Source of the DNA: a virus
Taxonomy: Duplodnaviria > Caudoviricetes
Strand: one strand, 5' to 3'
Virus record (IMG/VR): IMGVR_UViG_3300025087_000084
Span: 1-55,774 of that record
DNA: 55,774 nucleotides
Shown here: piece by piece, positions 10,101 to 17,921 of the stretch
How the letters are laid out: each line of letters opens with the position of its first letter
How positions within the stretch are numbered: position 1 is the first letter of the stretch
Position numbers and translations under genes: made by a program
Notes under the pieces: generated by a model
The model's input: the letters and a program-made list of their open reading frames with translations, nothing else
Databases searched by the model: none
Told to the model about the DNA's origin: nothing

Positions 10101-10859
10101 TTAATCATCAGTACCGGTACTTAATTGCCCTATAACTTTATCTTTTAAAACATCATTAATATTTCTTTTAATCGGATTACTCTTTTCATCTGTTATATTA
10201 ACGCTTATACGTTCTTGAAACGTTATTGCGGTTTCAATTGCATATTTTTGCAACAGCGCAGATGCAGTATCGCTTTCAATAATCTTTTTAAGCTTTTTAA
10301 CAAGTAACTCATTATTAAGTCCTTGTGCTTTCATTTCTTGCTGTATAGATGCCATAATACCTGTGTCCTTTAAATAGTTCTGAAATGCTTTATTTTCTAG
10401 TATCATTCCTAATATTTGTTCCATTTTATTACGTGATTTATATTTACTGAATACCAATTCAAATGCTAAATATATGTCTGTTCCTTGACTTAAGTACCAT
10501 GCAAATAACTTATGTCTTGCATCAGAAAAATTTCTTTTAATATTTTGTTTTTCATCTCTTGACCATTTGAATACTTTATGCCTGAATTTATTACTATCTC
10601 CATATAACAAATTATGATATACATAACCACAAGGAAACTCGATACTAACCATATGTGATACTTTGCCTACTGTTAACCGTCTGTGACTAATACGATGTAT
10701 AACAGGTAAATAATAGCCATTATCAGATATAACATAATCATCTGCTTTGCATTCTTCAAGTGCAACTAATGTATTACCTGAATTATCGAATTCCTGTTTA
10801 TTTTCGTATATCAGCAATTCCGGGCTTGAATTTTTTAGCTTTCTTGTTACTATTATCAT
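10101..10859 (-). CDS. Putative terminase small subunit / HTH protein
   Basis: Adjacent (convergent) to terL; RHKLFAWYLSQGTDIYLAFELVF resembles a TerS HTH, followed by a helical region. Confidence 0.5.
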   Translation of the reverse strand: MIIVTRKLKNSSPELLIYENKQEFDNSGNTLVALEECKADDYVISDNGYYLPVIHRISHRRLTVGKVSHMVSIEFPCGYVYHNLLYGDSNKFRHKVFKWSRDEKQNIKRNFSDARHKLFAWYLSQGTDIYLAFELVFSKYKSRNKMEQILGMILENKAFQNYLKDTGIMASIQQEMKAQGLNNELLVKKLKKIIESDTASALLQKYAIETAITFQERISVNITDEKSNPIKRNINDVLKDKVIGQLSTGTDD

Positions 10860-11037
10860 TATTTTTTTGATGATTAAATCCGTTTAAAGTCGGATACATG
10901 ATTCTAAATGTGCCTAATTTATTATGGTATTTTGAACTTTTGGTATATGTAGCAATTACTTTAGCTCCTTTGTCCATAGGTAGATTATGTTTTTTATTAA
11001 ATTCCATTGCCAATTTAAGTGCATCATCATGTTTCAC
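10798..11037 (-). CDS. Hypothetical basic protein (79 aa, GTG start)
   Basis: GAGGAG RBS on the minus strand at 11048-11053; upstream promoter. Confidence 0.6.
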   Translation of the reverse strand: MKHDDALKLAMEFNKKHNLPMDKGAKVIATYTKSSKYHNKLGTFRIMYPTLNGFNHQKNNDNSNKKAKKFKPGIADIRK

Positions 11038-11045
11038 GTGAAACT
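11030..11045. promoter_or_regulatory. parS: parS-like palindrome (ParB/Spo0J binding consensus)
   Basis: TGTTTCACGTGAAACT matches 15/16 of TGTTTCACGTGAAACA; perfect 14-bp palindrome at 11031-11044. Confidence 0.7.
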
Positions 11046-11079
11046 ATCTCCTCAAGTTATTAAGAATACTATTCCAATA

Positions 11080-11111
11080 CAAATATAAAACAATATTTAA
11101 CTCGAAACAAG
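11080..11111 (-). promoter_or_regulatory. Bacteroidota/FCB-type promoter (-33/-7)
   Basis: Minus strand reads CTTG-N20-TATATTTG directly upstream of the only minus-strand operon. Confidence 0.7.
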
Positions 11112-11119
11112 TACAAATA

Positions 11120-11141
11120 TTTTATTCAAGTAATCCCTAAA
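11120..11141 (+). promoter_or_regulatory. Repeated early-region motif, copy 1 (TTTTATTCAAGTAA-N4-TAAA)
   Basis: Identical 14-mer at 11120, 11869 and 12863, each intergenic and upstream of a + strand gene. Confidence 0.65.
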
Positions 11142-11220
11142 TATTTTCTAATAAGTACAAAATACAAGTTGGAAAAACAAAAGTTTCGATGCTTAAATTA
11201 TTTATCAAACAGGAGGATTT

Positions 11221-11388
11221 ATGCCAATAAGGCCATATCCGATAGTTGTTTTTAATGATGGATTAGTTTATTATATAGACATTGAATCATTAAGAATAAT
11301 ACGTGAAGGTAATAGTAACACCTGTTTTCATTTTGACAATGAAACAAAGTTATATAATTTTATAGACCACTTTGAGCTCACCAATTGA
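11221..11388 (+). CDS. Small hypothetical protein (55 aa; not in ORF track)
   Basis: AGGAGG RBS at 11211; MPIRPYPIVVFNDGLVYYID... Confidence 0.65.
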   Translation: MPIRPYPIVVFNDGLVYYIDIESLRIIREGNSNTCFHFDNETKLYNFIDHFELTN

Positions 11389-11398
11389 CATCTCGAAA

Positions 11399-11458
11399 TA
11401 GCAATAAATGGTTAACTATGAATAAGCATAGTTACAGGTTCGATTCCTGTTATTGCTA
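11399..11458 (+). ncRNA. tRNA-like element lacking a D-arm
   Basis: Acceptor-like stem tagcaata/tattgcta, canonical T-arm acagg-TTCGATT-cctgt, middle hairpin aactatg-aataag-catagtt. Confidence 0.6.
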
Positions 11459-11486
11459 CTAATTTATTATTAATAAAGGAATTATA

Positions 11487-11687
11487 ATGAAAACACAAGT
11501 AACATTTGATGATGTATTATCATCAATAGCAAGAGAAATGAATTTAAGCAAAGAGGATATATTATTACTTATTGAATCCGAAGATGATTTTCATATAGGA
11601 AACAAAAGTAATATATTGATTCCGGGTATATCTTGCAGTGAAGAAGATTATAATGATCATGAAGATAATTATGAATTATATTATTAA
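11487..11687 (+). CDS. Small acidic hypothetical protein
   Basis: ORF with AAGGA RBS; acidic C-terminus. Confidence 0.65.
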   Translation: MKTQVTFDDVLSSIAREMNLSKEDILLLIESEDDFHIGNKSNILIPGISCSEEDYNDHEDNYELYY

Positions 11688-11700
11688 TATTGGAGGATTT

Positions 11701-11856
11701 ATGAAAGGTTTAGTATTTTCAATGCTATTAGCAATATTGAATTTTACTCAGTTTTATTTTACAGATGAATATAATTCACTGTATCTGGGTATTATATTCA
11801 GTATTATAGCAACAGTAGGCGCATTTGCACGCAAACGCATATTTGCCGAGTATTAA
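11701..11856 (+). CDS. Small two-TM membrane protein (51 aa)
   Basis: GGAGG RBS before ATG 11701; two hydrophobic segments. Confidence 0.65.
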   Translation: MKGLVFSMLLAILNFTQFYFTDEYNSLYLGIIFSIIATVGAFARKRIFAEY

Positions 11857-11868
11857 TTATGAATATTG

Positions 11869-11890
11869 TTTTATTCAAGTAATCTTTAAA
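11869..11890 (+). promoter_or_regulatory. Repeated early-region motif, copy 2
   Basis: ttttattcaagtaa-tctt-taaa upstream of ATG 11946. Confidence 0.65.
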
Positions 11891-11945
11891 ATAGCTATTG
11901 GAAATACTAATAGCTTATCGTAAACATACATATAGGAGTATCATT

Positions 11946-12287
11946 ATGTCAACAGAAGTATCAAACACAGCAACATCAGTAGATGTTAAAGCTTTAGCAA
12001 CAACTGCTTCAGCATATCTTAAATTTATGAGACCCAGTTCCAAAGGTATTGGGGTACTATATCTCAGCATACCCAAGATCAAAACCAAAGAAGGAACTGT
12101 CATTGCGATCAAGTGGACTGAAGATGAAGTATCAAGTTTCAGTAATTTCAATGAAGATTTAGCTTCAGTCGGTGAGATTGAAGCGTCTGCCCATATCTTC
12201 AGAACCGGAAACGATTTCAAAACTAACGAACCTGTTCTTTATGCGAAACCAAAAGCATTGGTTTATAATAGTAACAGAGCTAACTAA
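11946..12287 (+). CDS. Hypothetical protein (113 aa), apparently its own transcription unit
   Basis: AGGAG RBS before ATG 11946; flanked by motif copy 2 and a strong terminator. Confidence 0.75.
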   Translation: MSTEVSNTATSVDVKALATTASAYLKFMRPSSKGIGVLYLSIPKIKTKEGTVIAIKWTEDEVSSFSNFNEDLASVGEIEASAHIFRTGNDFKTNEPVLYAKPKALVYNSNRAN

Positions 12288-12303
12288 GCTTTGTTGTAAT
12301 ATT

Positions 12304-12327
12304 GGGAGACTTCGGTCTCCCTTTTTT
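12304..12327 (+). terminator. Intrinsic terminator with cUUCGg tetraloop
   Basis: gggagac-ttcg-gtctccc-tttttt. Confidence 0.9.
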
Positions 12328-12329
12328 AT

Positions 12330-12860
12330 TTATAACAGCAATACAAGCTCATAGAGACGTTTATATTCCAAATTCATATCAATCCATAGGTTCAGGGATA
12401 TAAACGCAACAGCGTGTCTGCAATGAGCTCACAAACGTATATATATATAGTATTAGGTATTAGTTTTATGTATATCTAATCATTTAGTTAAGTATGTATA
12501 GAGTAGCTTATTTAGTCTATAAACAATAATTAGACATAAAGAATATTAGAATATTAAAGACATAAAGACTAAGAGTTATATACTAGAAAGTTATAGCTAT
12601 ATACTAATTATAATATATTAGTTAATTATATATATTCTTAATATATCCATATTTGTTAGACGCTCACGCATGCGATTAGATTAATGTTATATAGTATTCT
12701 ATGTGCCTTAGTTTATTTAGATACCCCCCGTATCAATGTACTAGGGGGGGGAGTAGTTTTTTAAGACCATGCACCTCTATGCGAGGGTACCCGTACACAT
12801 TATGTGGTAAAATTTTGTTACAAGTCATAAATTTTTAATAAAAACCAAACCATATTTTTT
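12330..12860. other. Long non-coding region: candidate origin and/or packaging (pac) region
   Basis: Largest gene-free stretch; nested inverted repeats 12346-12429, very AT-rich 12440-12650, C6/G8 tracts 12724-12751, GGGTACCC palindrome near 12785. Confidence 0.45.
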
Positions 12861-12862
12861 CT

Positions 12863-12884
12863 TTTTATTCAAGTAAGCATTAAA
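12863..12884 (+). promoter_or_regulatory. Repeated early-region motif, copy 3
   Basis: ttttattcaagtaa-gcat-taaa upstream of ATG 12915, start of the long early operon. Confidence 0.65.
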
Positions 12885-12914
12885 TAATTATAAAGATTAA
12901 TATAGGCAAATATT

Positions 12915-13280
12915 ATGAAGATTAAACAAAAAATGACAAATATTGTTTATGGAGTTGTTTTGCATGAAGTTACTGGCAATTTCAGGTATTTGGGTAAATC
13001 GAATATATTCGAAGATGCTGATATAAGATATTACCAAGACATCAAGAATCATTGTTTAGATGGTATATTGGTTACAGAGTACAATCAGCATTATGGATTA
13101 TTTGATGAGGATGCTAAAAAGATAGCAGAGTTATTGCATTTGGAATCAGAATTATATCATGGAACTATAAGTGGGGAGGAATTGTCTTATTTAAGGATAA
13201 GGAGAAACGGAGGCCCTATTGATCATTTAAATACTTTATTATCAACGGGATTAAAAATATATATAGCGGATATCGAATGA
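12915..13280 (+). CDS. Stand-alone MutS domain I-like protein
   Basis: YQDIKNHCLDGILV...HYGLFDEDAKKIAELLHL...LNTLLSTGLKIYIAD follows the MutS_I pattern. Confidence 0.6.
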   Translation: MKIKQKMTNIVYGVVLHEVTGNFRYLGKSNIFEDADIRYYQDIKNHCLDGILVTEYNQHYGLFDEDAKKIAELLHLESELYHGTISGEELSYLRIRRNGGPIDHLNTLLSTGLKIYIADIE

Positions 13281-13507
13281 ATCAAATAATAGTATGCAGT
13301 GCTGAGCGAATAGATCATGTATATAATGCAAATTATGATTACATTACTAATTTTTGTTTAATCAAAGATAGTTGCAAGAGATATGATATTTACAAAGATT
13401 GCCCGGATGATTTTGGTAAATATAAAGCTAATCGAGTGTTCTTAAGAACACCATTTGAAAAAAATTGTGTAACATGTAAAAAATTTATTAAATTAGAAAA
13501 TAATTAG
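13277..13507 (+). CDS. Small Cys-rich hypothetical protein
   Basis: ATGA overlap with previous gene; six Cys. Confidence 0.65.
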   Translation: MNQIIVCSAERIDHVYNANYDYITNFCLIKDSCKRYDIYKDCPDDFGKYKANRVFLRTPFEKNCVTCKKFIKLENN

Positions 13508-13527
13508 TACTAACAAAAGGAAAAAAT

Positions 13528-13896
13528 ATGAATATAATGGAAAATGATAAAAAGGTTGAAGTTAAGAAAAGTCTTCATCTTATCAAAAAAGACGATGGTT
13601 TTATATATGAACCTTATAATAACAAAAAAATTGATATTATAGAATTATTTACAGATTTCACTGAATTAATTTTATCAATGCTTGATAGAAATAAATGTTT
13701 TCTATATATTATTGCCGAATTTGAACATGATGCTTCAAAAGATACTCAAGAAGTATTTACTATAATTCCGCCTACTATTGGAGAAGAAAAAGAAATAGCT
13801 GATACTTTTGATAACTATGATGAAAGAGACGATGCTGAAAAGTATTCCGGAGCATTAAAAGTTTTAGACCGTGAATTAGATGATTTGCCAATGTAA
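13528..13896 (+). CDS. Acidic hypothetical protein
   Basis: ORF with AAGGA RBS. Confidence 0.7.
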   Translation: MNIMENDKKVEVKKSLHLIKKDDGFIYEPYNNKKIDIIELFTDFTELILSMLDRNKCFLYIIAEFEHDASKDTQEVFTIIPPTIGEEKEIADTFDNYDERDDAEKYSGALKVLDRELDDLPM

Positions 13897-13897
13897 G

Positions 13898-14104
13898 ATG
13901 AATAAAGTAATAACAAAAGAAAACATAGAAAATATATGTCCTCATTGTAAATATGACGAAGATATGGAACAGATTTATATCTGGGATGACGGTGAAACTT
14001 ATATTATAACTTTACAGTGTGGTAATTGCAAAAAGTCATTTGACCAGCGATACACACATGTATATTTATATACTGAATACGAGGTAAAAAATGATAACAA
14101 ATGA
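13898..14104 (+). CDS. Small zinc-ribbon protein
   Basis: CPHC...CGNC pair; start moved to ATG 13898. Confidence 0.65.
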   Translation: MNKVITKENIENICPHCKYDEDMEQIYIWDDGETYIITLQCGNCKKSFDQRYTHVYLYTEYEVKNDNK

Positions 14105-14303
14105 AACAGCAGCAGGCAAAGAGATTATCTTTGAAAAATCTGACTTTGGTGAATTGTTTACTGATATTACTATTGGACATCTTAAGATATTCTATAGCAA
14201 TACTGAAATTGAGATACGTAAAAAAGTTTATGAATATCCCACACAATTACATAATCAGTATGAAACAGTTTACAAAGATTTCTTAAGAAAGAAGGAATTA
14301 TGA
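14091..14303 (+). CDS. Hypothetical protein (70 aa)
   Basis: GAGGT RBS; operon overlap. Confidence 0.65.
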   Translation: MITNETAAGKEIIFEKSDFGELFTDITIGHLKIFYSNTEIEIRKKVYEYPTQLHNQYETVYKDFLRKKEL

Positions 14304-14509
14304 AAGAATACAAAATACCAACAAAATTTATTTTTGCAGGTTACTTTAGAATAAAATGTGAAAATAAACTACAGGCAAAAGAATATGTTGAAGAACATTG
14401 TGGTTTAGTTATAGGTGATATACATTCCTCGTTACCTGATGATCAAGTAGATTGGGAATTTGATGTACACTCCAAAAAAGTTACAGGAAGAATTACGGAG
14501 CTAAAATGA
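14300..14509 (+). CDS. Hypothetical protein (69 aa)
   Basis: ATGA overlaps on both sides; AAGGA RBS. Confidence 0.7.
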   Translation: MKEYKIPTKFIFAGYFRIKCENKLQAKEYVEEHCGLVIGDIHSSLPDDQVDWEFDVHSKKVTGRITELK

Positions 14510-14859
14510 AAACAAATAAAGATGCATTAATAGCAGAGTTTAAAACTTTGCTTAAAAAAGTGAAACTTGACTATCAAGGTAAAATACCTGTATATTCTGT
14601 ATTGAGACATGTTAGCCAATCAGGTATGCAAAGAACAATTGCTTTTTATCTGATTATAAATAATGAACCAAGATTGATTGATTACTATATAGAAAATATA
14701 GCAGATTACAAAATGAACAAAAGAACAGAAGGACTAATTGTTCGTGGTTGTGGTATGGATATGGGATTCTCTGTTGTTTATAACTTTAGTCATTGTGTTT
14801 TTAAAGACACTAAAGGAATAGCTGAAGCAGGATACGTATTGAATAATCATTGGCTGTAA
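14506..14859 (+). CDS. Conserved phage hypothetical protein (GCGMDMGF motif)
   Basis: LRHVSQSGMQR...GCGMDMGF pattern recognised from uncharacterised phage early proteins. Confidence 0.7.
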   Translation: MKTNKDALIAEFKTLLKKVKLDYQGKIPVYSVLRHVSQSGMQRTIAFYLIINNEPRLIDYYIENIADYKMNKRTEGLIVRGCGMDMGFSVVYNFSHCVFKDTKGIAEAGYVLNNHWL

Positions 14860-15375
14860 TTGAAATATTTCTTTATTATATTGCTGCTTTCAACGGCTTC
14901 TATTGATGCCCGGAATATTAATTGGTATTATCTCGATAAGGGATATACTAAATATTCTCTCCACGTCAAGGAAGCCGCGATAAAGTTTCAATTAGATGAA
15001 GAATTTATTTGTGCATGGATTAGTTGGGAAAATCCATCTTGGTCACCTACAAGACCGGGAATGGGAGGCAGAGGTATGTTACAGGTCAAGCAAGGTCCTT
15101 TAACTGCCAAAGAAGGTATAATGTCAGGGTGTGCTATATTGGCTGGATATATCAGGAAAAACGTAGCAGCAAAACCGAACCATGATTATATAGATCATTT
15201 ATTGCATGCTCTGACTATGTATAATGCAGGTGAAGCAGGAGCCAAAAGATATGGAGGCATTAATCTTTATGCTTACAATGTATTAAGATTTTGGAATTTA
15301 ATAGAAATGAAAAGAATCATAAATGAATTTGAGGTAAAATATGAATGTTTTAGAAATCAAAACGAAAATCGTTAA
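14860..15375 (+). CDS. Lytic transglycosylase (SLT domain) with signal peptide
   Basis: Hydrophobic N-terminus; ISWEN (catalytic Glu), GMLQV, MYNAG motifs. Confidence 0.75.
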   Translation: MKYFFIILLLSTASIDARNINWYYLDKGYTKYSLHVKEAAIKFQLDEEFICAWISWENPSWSPTRPGMGGRGMLQVKQGPLTAKEGIMSGCAILAGYIRKNVAAKPNHDYIDHLLHALTMYNAGEAGAKRYGGINLYAYNVLRFWNLIEMKRIINEFEVKYECFRNQNENR

Positions 15376-15637
15376 AAATGTGGGTATCCTTAGATTGTCT
15401 AATCATGCTGAGATTTTTCTTACTAACTGTCGGTTTATTCCCTCCAATAAAGATTGGTTTTATAATAATATTCATAATTATATTACTATTGCTTTTAATG
15501 GCTTCTTTATTAACGTGAAAACAAGAAAACACAGGAATTATCCATGCGGTTTTTTTAAAGACATGGCTTTATTGAGAGAGGTTGAAAGAGCAAGAAAAAC
15601 AGCTGATAAGATTATTAAGAAATTTAGGATACAATAA
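15341..15637 (+). CDS. Hypothetical protein (98 aa)
   Basis: GAGGT RBS. Confidence 0.6.
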   Translation: MNVLEIKTKIVKNVGILRLSNHAEIFLTNCRFIPSNKDWFYNNIHNYITIAFNGFFINVKTRKHRNYPCGFFKDMALLREVERARKTADKIIKKFRIQ

Positions 15638-15638
15638 A

Positions 15639-15998
15639 ATGAATATAAAAAGCAAGGAATACTTGGAATATTTGAATAAGCATTTATTTGCAATAGCGCC
15701 TAATTGTGAATCTATTTCTGAAAAAATGTTAATTCCTGAAATAAAAAAACAATTAAAAGAATCTTATGAAATTTACAAGAAGGAAAACATGAGTATAACA
15801 ACGGTACATGATTTTAATTACATGGTTAAAACAGGTCAACTAAAATATATGCAATTGTCTTCAGATAAGTATTTAATGCTTAATCGCAGAGGCGAATACC
15901 GCAGATATGGTTATGTGGCTTACAGTATTAATTGTGCATTCTTTGGATTAACTAAAGAAAAAGCGATTGCAAAATATAAAAAAGTTATTAGTAAATAA
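15639..15998 (+). CDS. Hypothetical protein
   Basis: ORF; start placed at the ATG just after the previous stop. Confidence 0.6.
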   Translation: MNIKSKEYLEYLNKHLFAIAPNCESISEKMLIPEIKKQLKESYEIYKKENMSITTVHDFNYMVKTGQLKYMQLSSDKYLMLNRRGEYRRYGYVAYSINCAFFGLTKEKAIAKYKKVISK

Positions 15999-16027
15999 AG
16001 TATCACAATTAGAAATGGAATTAATTA

Positions 16028-16312
16028 ATGGAGATTGAAATGATAGAATCTATAAAAGATTACATTCACAAATTTATTATTGATGGCGAAGATATAGAAA
16101 TGAAAATTAACTATGACCATAAACATCTATATTGGGAAGCACATTTAATTAAGGGCGACAACCCAATGCCGGCACATTATGGCGGTACTTATGAATCGCT
16201 CGAAGATTATATCAAAGAAATGGAAAAAGAAATGCGGTATGGGCGTAATTTCCATAAATACGGTTATAAGCAAGCAAAACAAATGTACAATAATGGGAAA
16301 GTAATGAAATGA
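16028..16312 (+). CDS. Hypothetical protein (94 aa)
   Basis: ORF in early operon. Confidence 0.65.
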   Translation: MEIEMIESIKDYIHKFIIDGEDIEMKINYDHKHLYWEAHLIKGDNPMPAHYGGTYESLEDYIKEMEKEMRYGRNFHKYGYKQAKQMYNNGKVMK

Positions 16313-16893
16313 AAAAAGATGAATTTGAGTTAACGAATTGGAATAAGAATACACAATTCCAGTACCTGAATAAGTGGTGTGATGTAACCGGTGTGGACTT
16401 TGAAATAGGAAATTTGTACTTCGGCGACCCTCAACAAAGCGTTGATTTTTCGGATATACAAGCTGTTCGTATCAAACCCACAGAGATATTCATTGACAAC
16501 ATCGTTCTACACTTGCCTGAAAAATGGATGTATGAAAAGATTGTTGAACTTGTAGGGTGGTATGATAACGAAAAGAAGTTAGATTATTGGAATGAATATG
16601 AACAGAATATTGCTGTTAAAATTAATAATAACAAAATTCAAAAATTTTGTACATGGCGATTTTATCAAGATTTTTTTCCAAGTTATAAATTCATGGAATA
16701 TAATGAATTTATGGCAGAGTTTTTTCCTGAAATCTTAAAAGAAAAGCCAGAGGAAGCCAAGCCGAAAGAGATTATCATAACCGAGTATTCTAAGGGTTGC
16801 TATGACATTGATAGTGAGGCAATCAGTCAAATGAAAACCGACATACAAGAATTACAAGAGACAGTCAATTATTTATTGAGGATGGTAAAATGA
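16309..16893 (+). CDS. Hypothetical protein (194 aa)
   Basis: ATGA overlaps; C-terminal coiled coil. Confidence 0.7.
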   Translation: MKKDEFELTNWNKNTQFQYLNKWCDVTGVDFEIGNLYFGDPQQSVDFSDIQAVRIKPTEIFIDNIVLHLPEKWMYEKIVELVGWYDNEKKLDYWNEYEQNIAVKINNNKIQKFCTWRFYQDFFPSYKFMEYNEFMAEFFPEILKEKPEEAKPKEIIITEYSKGCYDIDSEAISQMKTDIQELQETVNYLLRMVK

Positions 16894-17084
16894 AAACTTA
16901 TGAAGAAAAAGAAATGTTTGAACAATTAGCAAAACCTCTTATTGAATTTTTGAATGATAATTATAACCCGAATACATATATCATCATTGATTCCCTGAGT
17001 GCGGAAATAATAACTGGAGAAATGCCTTTTTATAAAGGAGAATTTGTTAAGAATTACCTTTTGGAGCAGTGGCGGAACAAGTAA
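16890..17084 (+). CDS. Hypothetical protein (64 aa)
   Basis: ATGA overlap. Confidence 0.65.
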   Translation: MKTYEEKEMFEQLAKPLIEFLNDNYNPNTYIIIDSLSAEIITGEMPFYKGEFVKNYLLEQWRNK

Positions 17085-17140
17085 TGCAATTAGAAACCGA
17101 TATGTTTAGATGGAGAATTAATTATTCAGGAGCAAAAAGA

Positions 17141-17920
17141 ATGAACTACACAAAAGAAGAAGCAAGTAAATTATACCCGAATGTAATATTTTTTGGCGAT
17201 GTCAGGATAGATACTAATGTCAAGATAGGTTCAGGTGTCATAATAGGTTCAGGTGTCAGAATAGATACTAATGTCATAATAGGTTCGGGTGTCAAGATAG
17301 ATACTGATGTCTGGATAGGTTCAGGTGTCATAATAGGTTCGGGTGTCAAGATAGGTTCTAATGTCTGGATAGGTTCAGGTGTCAGGATAGGTACTAATGT
17401 CTGGATAGGTTCAGGTGTCATAATAGATACTGATGTCATAATAGATACTGATGTCAGGATAGATACTGATGTCAAGATAGGTTCAGGTGTCATAATAGGT
17501 TCGGGTGTCAGGATAGGTTCAGGTGTCATAATAGGTTCGGGTGTCAGGATAGGTTCAGGTGTCATAATAGGTTCAGGTGTCATAATAGGTTCAGGTGTCA
17601 GGATAGGTACTAATGTCATAATAGGTTCGGGTGTCCAATTAAAACGACCTTTTCCAATTATACACTTATCCGGTCTCTATAGATACGAACAAGATATATA
17701 TTACGATTTTAAACGGGAAACTGTTATAATTAGAATGGGTTGTTATCCTCGCACTATTGCAGAGTGGGATGATGACTTTTGGAATAATAATAGTGAATTT
17801 CCAGAAAAATCAGAGCAAGGCGCAATAAGATTAATGGCTTATCAAATTGCAAAAAGCATAGCTGAAAAAACGATTTTGCCATTATTGAGGCAGAAAAGGA
17901 ATATAATGAACGGAGATTAA
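17141..17920 (+). CDS. Hexapeptide-repeat (left-handed beta-helix) protein
   Basis: AGGAG RBS before ATG 17141; 24 V-x-I-[GD]-[ST]-[GND] repeats and a short C-terminal domain (IRMGC...EW). Confidence 0.85.
   Translation: MNYTKEEASKLYPNVIFFGDVRIDTNVKIGSGVIIGSGVRIDTNVIIGSGVKIDTDVWIGSGVIIGSGVKIGSNVWIGSGVRIGTNVWIGSGVIIDTDVIIDTDVRIDTDVKIGSGVIIGSGVRIGSGVIIGSGVRIGSGVIIGSGVIIGSGVRIGTNVIIGSGVQLKRPFPIIHLSGLYRYEQDIYYDFKRETVIIRMGCYPRTIAEWDDDFWNNNSEFPEKSEQGAIRLMAYQIAKSIAEKTILPLLRQKRNIMNGD
17201..17632 (+). repeat. 18-bp coding tandem repeat, 24 units
   Basis: Units such as gtcataataggttcaggt; 432 bp = 24 x 18. Confidence 0.95.
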
Positions 17921-17921
17921 A

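Noticed and set aside
11399-11461. Canonical tRNA gene
   Set aside because: No D-arm, 6-nt middle loop, no assignable anticodon; kept only as tRNA-like
17146-17619. Minus-strand 157-aa TPEPI repeat ORF
   Set aside because: Antisense shadow of the 18-bp coding repeat
17201-17632. CRISPR array
   Set aside because: Contiguous in-frame 18-bp units with no unique spacers; the Cas4-like nuclease is a solo phage enzyme
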